DNA of 64,000 nt from a bacterium (GTDB lineage: Bacteria > Patescibacteriota > Minisyncoccia > Phycocordibacterales > UBA1006), in the NCBI GenBank assembly GCA_037144045.1, contig JBAWXN010000001.1, forward strand, positions 134,744-198,743, written 5' to 3'. Position 1 is the stretch's first letter, and every line of letters starts with the position of its first letter. Below the pieces are notes generated by a model that saw only the letters and a list, made by a program, of their open reading frames with translations, was not told the origin of the DNA and searched no databases. Below are positions 55,032-64,000 of the stretch, piece after piece. The position numbers and the translations under genes are program-made.

Positions 55032-55919
55032 ATGGAATCACCAAAAGTGCAATTTAATAAAAACAGTGAAGAACGGCGAAAGCGCCGTACCAAGTTTTTA
55101 TTTGTTGCACTTTTGTTGTTGGTAATAATGATTGTGGGAATTATTGGATTCCTTCGCAAGGAATCGTTTCAGGTGACAGGGGTTGAAGTTTCTGGTGCAC
55201 GTGCATTGAGCACGCGTGATATTATTCAAAAAGCAAAAGAAGACTTTTCAGGTAACTACGCATGGGTTATTCCTCGGAGTAATATTTTGTTGTTTTCAAA
55301 ACGTTCAGTTAAATCACAACTCTTAGAACAATTTCCTGGTATTGAATCACTAGATATTTCATTTAAAGATAAAAATACCGTGAGTATTGTGGTTCATGAA
55401 AAAGAACCTACTGATATTTGGTGTAAAACGACCGATGATTGTTATTTTATTGATGATACGGGACTTATTTATAAACCGTCACCGGCTTTTTCAAGCGGAG
55501 TGTATGTTACCTTTACTGGTAATACACTAGAACTTCCAACGGATGTTATTCGTGCACGATTTATTTCGGTTACTTTATTTTCTAAGCTCCGTACCATTAT
55601 TCAACAACTTCAGCAATACCCAGTATCGGTTACTGGAGTACATCTCGATAGTGAAGGTGATATTGCATTGCGTATTGACCGTATTAAAACCTATACCCTT
55701 GGAGCTATGACTGAATTATTGATTACTGATCAGGTAGATATGCAAACCATTATTGATAACCTTACTATCCTTACCAACGATAAAACCTTTACCAATGGAC
55801 TTATTGCAAAAGGTTCAGACCTTGAAACAATAGATTTCAGATTCCCAGCTAAAATTTATTATAAATTTAAAAATGGTGCTGCAATTCCGAGTGAAAGTAG
55901 TACAACAACTCAACCCTAA
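55032..55919 (+). CDS. FtsQ/DivIB-like cell division protein (putative)
   Basis: N-terminal TM anchor followed by a POTRA-like region (FQVTGVEVSGARALSTRDII). It lies away from the mraZ cluster. Confidence 0.4.
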   Translation: MESPKVQFNKNSEERRKRRTKFLFVALLLLVIMIVGIIGFLRKESFQVTGVEVSGARALSTRDIIQKAKEDFSGNYAWVIPRSNILLFSKRSVKSQLLEQFPGIESLDISFKDKNTVSIVVHEKEPTDIWCKTTDDCYFIDDTGLIYKPSPAFSSGVYVTFTGNTLELPTDVIRARFISVTLFSKLRTIIQQLQQYPVSVTGVHLDSEGDIALRIDRIKTYTLGAMTELLITDQVDMQTIIDNLTILTNDKTFTNGLIAKGSDLETIDFRFPAKIYYKFKNGAAIPSESSTTTQP

Positions 55920-57001
55920 TGGCTAATTTCTGGAAACAATTGAATACTCCTTTCTTTGCGCTTGCGCCTATGGCCGATGTCACTGATCCGGCCTTTCGTC
56001 GTATTATTACGAAATATGGTAAACCAGATGTTACTTGGACTGAATTCGTTTCAGCGGATGGATTATGTCATCCTGCAGGCCGAGATAATTTAATAAAAGA
56101 CCTTGCGTATACCGAAGCAGAACGTCCCATCGTTGCACAGTTGTTTTCAAGTAATCCGGAAAATATGCGCAAAGCGGCGCAGTTATGTGCCGAACTTGGA
56201 TTTGATGGTGTTGATATCAATATGGGTTGTCCAGATCGTACTATAGAAAAACAAGGATGTGGTTCTGCGATGATTAAGACCCCTGATAAAGCTGTCGAAA
56301 TTATCCGTGCGGCTAAACAAGGAATTAGTGATGCAGGAAAAGAAATTCCGGTATCAGTGAAAACGCGCGTAGGATATAATACAGAAATTATTAATGAATG
56401 GATACCAGTACTCCTTAATGAATCTATTGCAGCGCTTACTATTCATGCGCGTACTCGTAAGGATTTATCGCAAGTTCCTGCGAACTGGAACTATGTAATG
56501 CGAGTTGTTGCGTTGCGTAATAAGCTTGCACCTGAAACGGTCATCCTTGGAAATGGGGATGTGGTTGATCGTGCAGATGGACTTGAAAAAGCTGCTACAA
56601 CAGGATGTGATGGAATCATGATCGGGCGGGCCGTATTTGGAAATCCATGGATTTTCAATACGTCCATTGCCGTTGCAAAACGGGGTAATTGGCGTCAAGG
56701 ATTTTTGTTGCGGTTATTGCCACATCGTTGGTCTAAAAGAATCCAAGGTGATAGTCGGTATACCGTTGCACAAATTCCTCTTGCAGAAAAACTGCGGGTA
56801 ATGGTAGAGCATTCACAACTGTTTTGTGAATTACTACCTCATAAAAACTTTGCAGTTATGAAAAAACATTACAAGGCATATGCGCATGGATTTCCCGGCG
56901 CAAAAGATTTACGAGTAGCCCTTATGGAAGCGGTTGATGTCGAATCAGTTAAGGGAATTGTTGAGCAGTTTTTAAAAAACAATACTCACGAATTACTATA
57001 A
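55919..57001 (+). CDS. dus: tRNA-dihydrouridine synthase
   Basis: FALAPMADVTDPAFRRI, the FMN-binding TIM barrel, the DINMGCP catalytic Cys, and a C-terminal helical domain. Confidence 0.88.
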   Translation: MANFWKQLNTPFFALAPMADVTDPAFRRIITKYGKPDVTWTEFVSADGLCHPAGRDNLIKDLAYTEAERPIVAQLFSSNPENMRKAAQLCAELGFDGVDINMGCPDRTIEKQGCGSAMIKTPDKAVEIIRAAKQGISDAGKEIPVSVKTRVGYNTEIINEWIPVLLNESIAALTIHARTRKDLSQVPANWNYVMRVVALRNKLAPETVILGNGDVVDRADGLEKAATTGCDGIMIGRAVFGNPWIFNTSIAVAKRGNWRQGFLLRLLPHRWSKRIQGDSRYTVAQIPLAEKLRVMVEHSQLFCELLPHKNFAVMKKHYKAYAHGFPGAKDLRVALMEAVDVESVKGIVEQFLKNNTHELL

Positions 57002-57028
57002 AAATCCTGTTTTTACAGGCTTTTTTAT
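57002..57028 (+). terminator. Rho-independent terminator
   Basis: AAATCCTGTTTTTACAGGCTTTTTTATT. Confidence 0.6.
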
Positions 57029-57054
57029 TAGATAAACTGTGGTAAAATAGTCGC

Positions 57055-58092
57055 ATGTCACATATCGCACTCTACCGAAAATATCGTCCTCAATCATTTG
57101 ATCACGTACTTGGCCAAGAATCTATAGTGCAAGCGCTTACTGCAGCACTCGCCAAAAAAGAAGTATCACACGCGTATTTGTTTGCAGGGTCGCGCGGAAC
57201 AGGAAAAACTTCCATTGCGCGTATCTTTGCAAAAGAACTTGGAGTTTCTGCAAATGATATTTATGAAATAGATGCTGCATCTAATCGAGGTATTAACGAA
57301 ATGAAAGAGCTCCTTACTGGGGTTGCAACGCTTCCTTTTGATTCCCAGTACAAGGTGTATATTTTAGATGAGGTACATATGTTTACGAAAGAAGCATGGA
57401 ACGCGCTTTTGAAAACATTAGAAGAACCACCAAAACACGTCATCTTCATCCTTGCAACTACCGAGCTCCATAAAGTACTTGATACGATTCGGTCACGTTG
57501 TCAGGTGTTTGAATTTAAAAAACCGAGTATTGAAATTCTTAAACAAATGCTCGTACAGGGTGCGACTGCTGAAGGAGTTTCAGTAGACGATGCAGCACTT
57601 GAAGCTATAGCACAGCATGGCAACGGCGCATTTCGTGATACTTGGGGAATATTTGAACGCGTGGTGCAATCGTCGGGAAAAAGAATAACCCTCGATGATG
57701 TTTCTAAGATCCTTGCTAAGCCGCATCATGTAATCATTACTGATTTTATGAAAGCACTCGTAGGAAATGACTTAGAAACAGCGCTCGATGCAGTACATCA
57801 AGTATATGATCAAGGGTTGGCCATGGATGATTTTCTTGAACATGTTATTGAACAAGTACGCCTCGTGCTATTATTGCGATTCGCGCCAAAATTTGCTGAG
57901 ACCGTTGCAGATTCAGTAAGTGCAGATGTGCTTCCCTTACTCAAAGAATGGTCAGGCCAAAAGAATGTTGTCAATGCTGGATTGCTTGTTGAGCTCCTCA
58001 AAGTACTTGATGAGATTAAAAAGACTCACATGGTGGTAATACCGATAGAGCTTGCATTAATTCGTGTTTTAGGGCAAAATACATCGGTCTAA
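57055..58092 (+). CDS. dnaX: DNA polymerase III subunit gamma/tau, short form (domains I-III only)
   Basis: YRKYRPQSFDHVLGQE, Walker A GSRGTGKTS, Walker B/DEAH-like ILDEVHM, and the SRC/sensor 2 region. Only 345 aa. Confidence 0.8.
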   Translation: MSHIALYRKYRPQSFDHVLGQESIVQALTAALAKKEVSHAYLFAGSRGTGKTSIARIFAKELGVSANDIYEIDAASNRGINEMKELLTGVATLPFDSQYKVYILDEVHMFTKEAWNALLKTLEEPPKHVIFILATTELHKVLDTIRSRCQVFEFKKPSIEILKQMLVQGATAEGVSVDDAALEAIAQHGNGAFRDTWGIFERVVQSSGKRITLDDVSKILAKPHHVIITDFMKALVGNDLETALDAVHQVYDQGLAMDDFLEHVIEQVRLVLLLRFAPKFAETVADSVSADVLPLLKEWSGQKNVVNAGLLVELLKVLDEIKKTHMVVIPIELALIRVLGQNTSV

Positions 58093-58113
58093 AAGGCTTT
58101 CGGGCTTTTTTAT

Positions 58114-58184
58114 TGGGAGATCGTCTAAAGGTAGGACAGAGGCCTTTGAAGCCTTTAATCTAGGTTCGATTCCTAGTCTCCCAG
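58114..58184 (+). tRNA. tRNA-Gln (anticodon UUG)
   Basis: TGGGAGATCGTCTAAAGGTAGGACAGAGGCCTTTGAAGCCTTTAATCTAGGTTCGATTCCTAGTCTCCCAG. Anticodon loop CTTTGAA, T-loop TTCGATTCC, discriminator G. Confidence 0.85.
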
Positions 58185-58186
58185 CA

Positions 58187-58223
58187 CCAAAGAAAAACAC
58201 CTCAGCGAGGTGTTTTTCTTTGG
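58187..58223 (+). terminator. Long perfect hairpin after the tRNA (17-bp stem)
   Basis: CCAAAGAAAAACACCTC agc GAGGTGTTTTTCTTTGG. Confidence 0.7.
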
Positions 58224-58280
58224 TTACGATAAGTATCTAAGGTGGTTTTTGCTTGGAAGGTGTGTTACATTTATAAAAGT

Positions 58281-58775
58281 ATGACTGATGCAACACGGGT
58301 ACATTTTTATCCGCCAGATGAATTGTTTGAAAGATCAGCAAAGATATTTGCTCAAGAAAAACAGTTTCTCCATTCATTGCTGGGTGATCTAGAGATTCAG
58401 CATGTAGGAAGTTCTGCGGTGCCGGGAGCTTGGGGAAAATATGATGTTGATATTCAAATTAGAGTTCCTCAAGAAAAATTTAATGAGGTAATGAAAAAAC
58501 TTATCCCTGTATTGTCGCCAAAACATGTCGCAATCTGGGACGATCGCTTTGGGTTATTTTCTGAACAATCAGGAACACTTATAGATATTGATTATATGGT
58601 AACGGTTATTGGTGATTATAGGGATGACTACTATAAAATGAGAGATTATTTCATTAATAGCCCAGTGGCTCTAGATGAATATAATAAACTAAAACTGAAA
58701 TTCGGAGGAAAGCCATATGATGAATACAGAATTGCAAAAAAAGAATTCATGAAAAATCATGGTGGTCAGTGGTAA
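58281..58775 (+). CDS. GrpB-family (UPF0157) nucleotidyltransferase-fold protein
   Basis: LLGDLEIQHVGSSAVPGAWGKYDVDIQIRV is the GrpB signature. Start at MTDATR; the ORF track starts at 58242. Confidence 0.6.
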   Translation: MTDATRVHFYPPDELFERSAKIFAQEKQFLHSLLGDLEIQHVGSSAVPGAWGKYDVDIQIRVPQEKFNEVMKKLIPVLSPKHVAIWDDRFGLFSEQSGTLIDIDYMVTVIGDYRDDYYKMRDYFINSPVALDEYNKLKLKFGGKPYDEYRIAKKEFMKNHGGQW

Positions 58776-58797
58776 TTACTAATTTAAATAATACGAC

Positions 58798-59244
58798 ATG
58801 AGAACATTTTTTGGAACCGCAGAGCTAATTTTTATAGTCAACCTTGCACTGTCTATTGGATTGGGAGCTTTTATTGGATTAGAACGAGAACTACGCAACA
58901 AGGACGCGGGTATTAGTACTAGTGTTTTTATTGTGGCAGGGGCCATGTTATTTACCTATATTTCTACAATAATTGGAGTGAATGATTCTGCACGCGTTGC
59001 TGCACAGATTGTTTCAGGGATTGGGTTTATTGGGGCCGGGCTTATTATTCGAGATGGTTCCAATATTAAAAACCTTACCACTGCAGCCGGTGTTTGGTTT
59101 ATGGCTGCGGTGGGAATGGCAATTGGATTTCAGTTGTACTTCATTGCCATTGTGGGTGCTGCAGCAGCTGCTTTTATTCCTCGTATTCCATATTATCGCA
59201 CGGTACACGCAGTTGATGGTGAAGAAGAACACGAAAAAAAATAA
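58798..59244 (+). CDS. MgtC/SapB-family membrane protein
   Basis: Four TM helices with GAFIGLERE ... and the IVSGIGFIGAGLIIRDG MgtC motif. Confidence 0.7.
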   Translation: MRTFFGTAELIFIVNLALSIGLGAFIGLERELRNKDAGISTSVFIVAGAMLFTYISTIIGVNDSARVAAQIVSGIGFIGAGLIIRDGSNIKNLTTAAGVWFMAAVGMAIGFQLYFIAIVGAAAAAFIPRIPYYRTVHAVDGEEEHEKK

Positions 59245-59266
59245 ACTCGCCGAAGCGAGTTTTTTT
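59243..59266. terminator. Bidirectional terminator
   Basis: AAACTCGCCGAAGCGAGTTTTTTT. Confidence 0.8.
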
Positions 59267-59268
59267 AA

Positions 59269-59793
59269 TTATTTTTTTATGAGTTGTCGTAATGCAACCA
59301 CAAGTGCGGTAACAAGGGTTTGATGCCTTGATACCGTTCCGTTAGTTATTGTAGAATGAGGGTCTGACGTGCTTCCTCCGAGCTCCTCTGCAATAATTGA
59401 TCCTACGGTAGTAGTTTCAAAACCTGCTTGCTGTGCCTTCTCAACATAATAAGCAGGGAATCTAATTCCTGGTGATGTTGTTACAAAATCTTCACCTTGT
59501 TCATTGATGATAACTATTACTGCGGTGTCAAAGTATTCAATACTTGCACCTGGGCGCTGTAGTGCAACAATACCATTTTCAATACCAATTCCAATGACTC
59601 CAGAACTGTTACTACGTGCACCGAGTGCACGATTAAATGCTCCCGTATAGATTTCATTAAATCCAACAGGTTGACTGTTCACTTCAGACGAAACATCGAT
59701 ACCAAAAGGTATTGTTGGTATATCTAAAATTGTACAAGCTTCTTGCACGGCTCTAATCTTATCAGAATTACCTGAACCTACTCTTATTTTCAT
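59269..59793 (-). CDS. Non-canonical purine NTP phosphatase (YjjX/DUF84-like), putative
   Basis: MKIRVGSGNSDKIRAV ... topology and size fit inosine/xanthosine triphosphatase-like proteins. This is a weak call. Confidence 0.4.
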   Translation of the reverse strand: MKIRVGSGNSDKIRAVQEACTILDIPTIPFGIDVSSEVNSQPVGFNEIYTGAFNRALGARSNSSGVIGIGIENGIVALQRPGASIEYFDTAVIVIINEQGEDFVTTSPGIRFPAYYVEKAQQAGFETTTVGSIIAEELGGSTSDPHSTITNGTVSRHQTLVTALVVALRQLIKK

Positions 59794-59932
59794 AATAACA
59801 CTTTTAAACAAAGTACTATACATATTTTTATTTGTCAATTAATAAGAGTATTTGACCACTATAGTTATTCGTGATATTGTGCGTTGAACAGAATAAAAGA
59901 TTATTTTATTCCTTAAAAGTAAATTGTATACA

Positions 59933-60538
59933 ATGAGTAAGAAAATTCTTGTTTTTGATTTTGATGGTCCTATTGTGGACAGTCTTGACGCGGCTTATGC
60001 TGTCGCAAGAAAAATTTCACCAGCACTCAGTCTTGAAAATTACAAGGCACGTTTTCTGCAAAATATATTTGTCGCAACAGATGCGGCACCTGAACCAAAA
60101 GATGAAACAATTTCATTTGATGCTGAATACGCAATTCAGATAAAAGCACTTGATTTACATCCTGGAAAAAAAGACGCACTAGCACTACTTGCTGAGCAGT
60201 ATGATTTTCATATTATTTCAGGTGCTAAAAGTGACACTATTTGTGAATATCTGCAACGTCACCAAGTAGATCATTTTTTCTTCGATGTACTTGGAGGTGA
60301 TGTTGAAAAAAGCAAGGTAAAGCGTTTTAAAATGCTCTGTGATAAATATTCAATCGAGCCGAAAGATATTGTATTTGTAACTGATACGGTAGGCGACCTT
60401 CATGAGGCGTTCGAAGTAGGCGTTGGAACTACTATTGCGGTATGTGACGGCTTTCAAGCAAGAGAGCTTCTCGAGGCACAAAATCCTACTTTTGTTGTAG
60501 ATTCTATTATGGATATTCCACAATTGCTCCTTAATTAA
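59933..60538 (+). CDS. HAD-superfamily hydrolase (phosphatase)
   Basis: Motif I ILVFDFDGPIVDS. Motifs II/III and IV (VFVTDTVGD) present. Confidence 0.7.
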   Translation: MSKKILVFDFDGPIVDSLDAAYAVARKISPALSLENYKARFLQNIFVATDAAPEPKDETISFDAEYAIQIKALDLHPGKKDALALLAEQYDFHIISGAKSDTICEYLQRHQVDHFFFDVLGGDVEKSKVKRFKMLCDKYSIEPKDIVFVTDTVGDLHEAFEVGVGTTIAVCDGFQARELLEAQNPTFVVDSIMDIPQLLLN

Positions 60539-60612
60539 ATAATTAACCCTGAACATATAGATGATTCGGGGTTTTTAATGAAATAAAATTAATTTTTTGG
60601 TATACTGCCGCA

Positions 60613-60870
60613 ATGCTTATTAAGCGGATTGTGTTTAGTGTAATCGCAGTAATACTTGCCTTTTTTGCACCGTGGTGGGTCGTTTTAATGTACGCTATTA
60701 TTGGAATTATCTTGTTTCCTTGGTATCTCGAAGCATTATTCCTTGGTCTTTATTTTGATACTATGTACGGTATTCCTACATTACAGTGGTATATCAGGAT
60801 AATGCATACGGTACTTTTCGTTACTCCTCTTGGTATTGCAGAATTTATTAAGCGTCGCATCAATCTATGA
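60613..60870 (+). CDS. Small hypothetical membrane protein (two TM helices)
   Basis: 85-aa ORF that overlaps the start of the downstream PBP gene by 4 nt. Confidence 0.35.
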   Translation: MLIKRIVFSVIAVILAFFAPWWVVLMYAIIGIILFPWYLEALFLGLYFDTMYGIPTLQWYIRIMHTVLFVTPLGIAEFIKRRINL

Positions 60871-62573
60871 TTTTTGGAAAACACAACAAAAAAATTAATA
60901 CACACTCTATTGATCCTGATGAAATATTCATGGACACTCTTAATGTGTCTGGGCTCGACACTCAGCAATTTGAAGGAGTTATTGAGCGCTCCATCACAAA
61001 AAAAACAATTTGGGTCGCAGGTATTTGTTTTTTACTTGTTGGAGTAATTTTTACTGTAAAACTGTTTCAGCTGCAAATTATAAACGGGGGAAGCTACCTT
61101 ACCCGCAGTGAAAACAACAGATTACATCATACTCCTATTTTTGCAGATCGAGGAGTTATCTACGATCGCAACAATAATGAGCTTGCATGGAATGTGGCCG
61201 GAGCCAGTGATGAACCCTTTTCAGTTCGTTCATATATTAACCATGGTGGGTTTGCTCATTTAATTGGATATGTTGGATACCCCTCAAAAGACACTTCAGG
61301 ATTTTTTTGGCAAAATGAAATTATTGGTAAATCAGGAGTAGAGAAAAAACTGAATGATTATTTGTCGGGTGAAAACGGTCAAAAAATCGTTGAGCTTGAT
61401 GCGTATCAAAAAGTACTTACTGAAAATATGGTTACCCTTCCTCAGCCAGGATCAAATGTGATTCTTACTATTGATTCAGGAATACAGGGTGCTATGTACG
61501 ATGCAATCAAGGAGCTTGCGATTAATAAAGGGTTCGAAGGAGGTGCTGGAGTAATGATGGATGTCCGCACCGGTGAAGTATTGGCCCTTACTAGTTATCC
61601 TGAATACGATCTTAATATTTTGTCACATGGTGACGACTATCAAACTATTAGTCAGTATGCAATCGATGAACGTCATGTGTACTTGAACCGAGTACTTGCT
61701 GGACTCTATACTCCTGGATCGATTGTAAAGCCCTATTTAGCCATGGGAGCACTTAACGAAGGTATTATTACTCCAAGCACTACCGTTTACTCAGTAGGAC
61801 AAGTAGAAATTCCTAATCGGTATGATCCTACAAAACCACAAATTTTCCGTGACTGGAAGAAAGGTGGACACGGCGTGACAGATGTATACAAAGCAATCGC
61901 CGAATCAGTAAACACCTTTTTCTATAGTATTGGAGGTGGTTATAAGGGACAGCAGGGTCTAGGTATTGCTCGCATTGATGACTACATTTCACGATTCTTA
62001 ATTGGTCAAAAAACAGGAATTGATATCGATGGGGAAGTTGCCGGGAATGTTCCAAGCCCAGAATGGAAGAAAAAAGTATTTCCCGCAGATGGAACCTGGT
62101 ATCAAGGAGATACTTATAACTCGTCAATTGGTCAGTTTGGGTTCCAAGTGACTGCAGTACAAATGGTGCGTGCGGTTGCTGCAATTGCCAATGGAGGAAC
62201 ACTCCTTCAGCCTTATGTAACTATGAGTCCTAAGCCGGTTATTGCACCCCCGCAACAAGTCCAGGGCATTGATCAAAAGTGGTTTACTGTAATTAGGGAT
62301 GCTATGCGCAAAACTGTTACTGACGGAACGGCAAAAATTGTAAACGTTCCGTATGTGCACGCAGCGATAAAAACAGGTACGGCACAAGTAGGTGCTAAAA
62401 ATGCATTTATGAATTCATGGTCAACAGGTTTTTTTCCTTATGAAAACCCAAGGTATGCATTCGTAATTGTTATGGAAAAAGCTCGTTCAACGAATGAAAC
62501 AGGGGCTACTTTTGTCATGAGTAAGGTATTTGACTGGATGAATTTAAATACGCCTAATTATTTTAAACCGTAG
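60867..62573 (+). CDS. Penicillin-binding protein 2-type transpeptidase (MrdA-like)
   Basis: TM anchor, dimerisation domain, and SIVKP (SxxK), SVN (SxN), KTGTA (KTG). This is a second PBP, distinct from ftsI. Confidence 0.85.
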   Translation: MIFGKHNKKINTHSIDPDEIFMDTLNVSGLDTQQFEGVIERSITKKTIWVAGICFLLVGVIFTVKLFQLQIINGGSYLTRSENNRLHHTPIFADRGVIYDRNNNELAWNVAGASDEPFSVRSYINHGGFAHLIGYVGYPSKDTSGFFWQNEIIGKSGVEKKLNDYLSGENGQKIVELDAYQKVLTENMVTLPQPGSNVILTIDSGIQGAMYDAIKELAINKGFEGGAGVMMDVRTGEVLALTSYPEYDLNILSHGDDYQTISQYAIDERHVYLNRVLAGLYTPGSIVKPYLAMGALNEGIITPSTTVYSVGQVEIPNRYDPTKPQIFRDWKKGGHGVTDVYKAIAESVNTFFYSIGGGYKGQQGLGIARIDDYISRFLIGQKTGIDIDGEVAGNVPSPEWKKKVFPADGTWYQGDTYNSSIGQFGFQVTAVQMVRAVAAIANGGTLLQPYVTMSPKPVIAPPQQVQGIDQKWFTVIRDAMRKTVTDGTAKIVNVPYVHAAIKTGTAQVGAKNAFMNSWSTGFFPYENPRYAFVIVMEKARSTNETGATFVMSKVFDWMNLNTPNYFKP

Positions 62574-62642
62574 CTATTCTTGTTTTAATCTTGGTAATTG
62601 GTAAAATAATTACGTGGGTGGTTGTGCCGCATCGGCATGACC

Positions 62643-62690
62643 AACCCACACCCAACCTTCTCACTTGTGTGGGTTGGTTATTTTTTTTAC
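62643..62690 (+). terminator. Rho-independent terminator (11-bp perfect stem)
   Basis: CCAACCCACAC ... GTGTGGGTTGG followed by TTATTTTTTTT. A second, imperfect hairpin sits just upstream at about 62614-62650. Confidence 0.8.
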
Positions 62691-62710
62691 CTGGAAAATA
62701 CTGAATAATT

Positions 62711-63193
62711 ATGGTACACTCGATTTCTATGGAACGAGTAACTATGATTACCGCTCAGAAGAAAACTGAGCTTGAAACAGAATTAGTACACCTTAAAACC
62801 GTCGTACGCCCTGCAATTGGTGAACGGCTTATGGCTGCACGAGCATTAGGTGATCTTTCTGAAAATGCAGAATATCAAACTTCTCGTGAAGAACAAGGAA
62901 AGAACGAAACCAGAATTCAGCAAATTGAAGGTATTTTGAAGTACGCAAAAGTAATTGAACGGTCAGGAACTGATAAAGTAGAATTAGGTGCAACAGTAGT
63001 CGTTAAAAAACTTTCTGATAATACAGAAAAAACTTATGTAATTGTTTCTGATGCAGAAGCTGATATTATGGCAAATAAGGTTTCAACTAATTCTCCAATT
63101 GGATCAGTCATGGTAGGAAAACAATCAGGTCAAACCTTTACTCTTGAAACACCTCGCGGTGCTGTTGAATACAGCATTGTGAGTGTGTCATAA
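62711..63193 (+). CDS. greA: Transcription elongation factor GreA
   Basis: Coiled-coil N-terminal domain (MITAQKKTELETELVHLKTVVRPAIGERLMAARALGDLSENAEY) and a C-terminal FKBP-like domain. The start may be the internal Met at 62744. Confidence 0.9.
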   Translation: MVHSISMERVTMITAQKKTELETELVHLKTVVRPAIGERLMAARALGDLSENAEYQTSREEQGKNETRIQQIEGILKYAKVIERSGTDKVELGATVVVKKLSDNTEKTYVIVSDAEADIMANKVSTNSPIGSVMVGKQSGQTFTLETPRGAVEYSIVSVS

Positions 63194-63200
63194 TACCTCT

Positions 63201-64000
63201 ATGGCAACATTATCTGAACTACGCGAAGTACGTATTGAAAAACTTAATAAGCTAAGAATGTTTGGTATGGATGCCTATCCAGCTGAAGTTCCTAAAACAC
63301 ACACCCTTAAAGAACTTATGGGTTCCTTCCCACAATTAGAATCTGATCAAACAATTATTTCTGTGGTAGGACGCATTACATCGCTGCGTGGTCAAGGTGC
63401 GATTATGTTCGTGACGTTATTTGATGGAACTGAAAAATTTCAAGCAGTGTTCAAAAAAGACGCTATTGAGGAATCATTGTTTACATTATTTACTGACGCA
63501 GTTGATTTAGGTGATTTTATTTCAGTTACCGGAACTGCGTTTACTACCCAACGAGGGGCACCAAGTATTTTGGTTACGTCGTGGGTGATGGCAACTAAGG
63601 CACTCCTTCCAATTCCTTCAGAACATTACGGACTTGAGGATGTTGAGGAAAAAATGCGTAAGCGCTATTTAGATGCTGTAGTAGATCACGATGTATTTAC
63701 TCGTTTTGAAACACGAGCAAAAATCATTAAATATATTCGTAACTTTTTTGATGAAAAAAACTTTCTTGAAATTGAGACGCCTATTTTGCAAAATCAAGCT
63801 GGAGGAGCTATGGCTCGAACGTTTAATACTCACCATAACGATTATGATATAGATATGGTGTTGCGTATCTCATTAGAACTTGAACATAAAATGATGATGG
63901 TTGCCGGATATAACCGTATTTATGAAATTGGTAAAAATTTTCGTAATGAAGGTTCTGATCCGACTCATATTCAAGAATTCACTATGATTGAATGGTATGC
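63201..64000 (+). CDS. lysS: Lysyl-tRNA synthetase, class II (3' end outside window)
   Basis: N-terminal OB domain, then FLEIETPILQNQAGGAMARTF and FRNEGSDPTHIQEFTMIEWY (motifs 1/2). The frame is open to the end of the window. Confidence 0.9.
   Translation, partial: MATLSELREVRIEKLNKLRMFGMDAYPAEVPKTHTLKELMGSFPQLESDQTIISVVGRITSLRGQGAIMFVTLFDGTEKFQAVFKKDAIEESLFTLFTDAVDLGDFISVTGTAFTTQRGAPSILVTSWVMATKALLPIPSEHYGLEDVEEKMRKRYLDAVVDHDVFTRFETRAKIIKYIRNFFDEKNFLEIETPILQNQAGGAMARTFNTHHNDYDIDMVLRISLELEHKMMMVAGYNRIYEIGKNFRNEGSDPTHIQEFTMIEWY

Overview
This is a low-GC (about 38-40%) bacterial chromosomal window, dense with short genes separated by strong rho-independent hairpin terminators. The gene content points to a reduced-genome bacterium, possibly Candidate Phyla Radiation (CPR)/Patescibacteria-like, but that is inference only. 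The evidence for it is an archaeal-type short AspRS, a short DnaX, division and translation genes, and many unknown proteins with almost no biosynthetic genes.

Clearly recognisable housekeeping genes, in order along the window:
- grpE (5' partial) and a membrane metallophosphoesterase.
- An ABC exporter.
- dnaK and dnaJ, separated by three small secreted-protein genes.
- cysS, a CorA-like transporter and rplU.
- mraZ-rsmH-ftsL-ftsI.
- rlmH, ftsE-ftsX, a TrmH/RlmB-family methyltransferase, trpS and an M16 peptidase.
- A second ABC exporter.
- aspS (archaeal-type, no GAD insertion), preceded by a T-box leader.
- scpA-scpB, an ECF sigma / anti-sigma pair, an NDH-2-like oxidoreductase and a family-4 UDG.
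- ychF, topA, dprA, serS, an ftsQ-like gene, dus, a short dnaX, a GrpB-like gene and an MgtC-family gene.
- A second PBP2-type transpeptidase, greA and lysS (3' partial).
- Three tRNAs: Glu-CUC, Gln-CUG and Gln-UUG.

The most interesting loci are these:
1. About 27.4-32.7 kb is a roughly 5.3 kb higher-GC islet next to tRNA-Gln(CUG). It carries a large serine recombinase, an AbiTii-like protein, a membrane-anchored B12-binding radical SAM enzyme of unusual architecture, and a GC-rich unknown ORF. I consider it a candidate integrative element with defence or modification cargo.
2. Two paralogous DUF559 (Vsr/restriction-endonuclease-fold) genes are each bracketed by about 36-59 bp GC-rich terminal inverted repeats that are themselves hairpin-forming palindromes. 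They look like miniature cargo-bearing mobile or selfish elements.
3. A whole transcription unit (consensus sigma70 promoter, small secreted ORF, terminator) is tandemly triplicated between dnaK and dnaJ.
4. Two large acidic unknown proteins are translationally coupled through an ATGGGTGA overlap.
5. A T-box leader (AGUAGGGUGGCACCGCG plus a terminator) sits upstream of aspS.
6. A MraZ operator array (TTGGG/GTGGG repeats at 20/21/10 bp spacing) lies upstream of mraZ.
7. A 463-aa unknown protein has a C-terminal Cys cluster.

No CRISPR array and no CIRCE element were seen.
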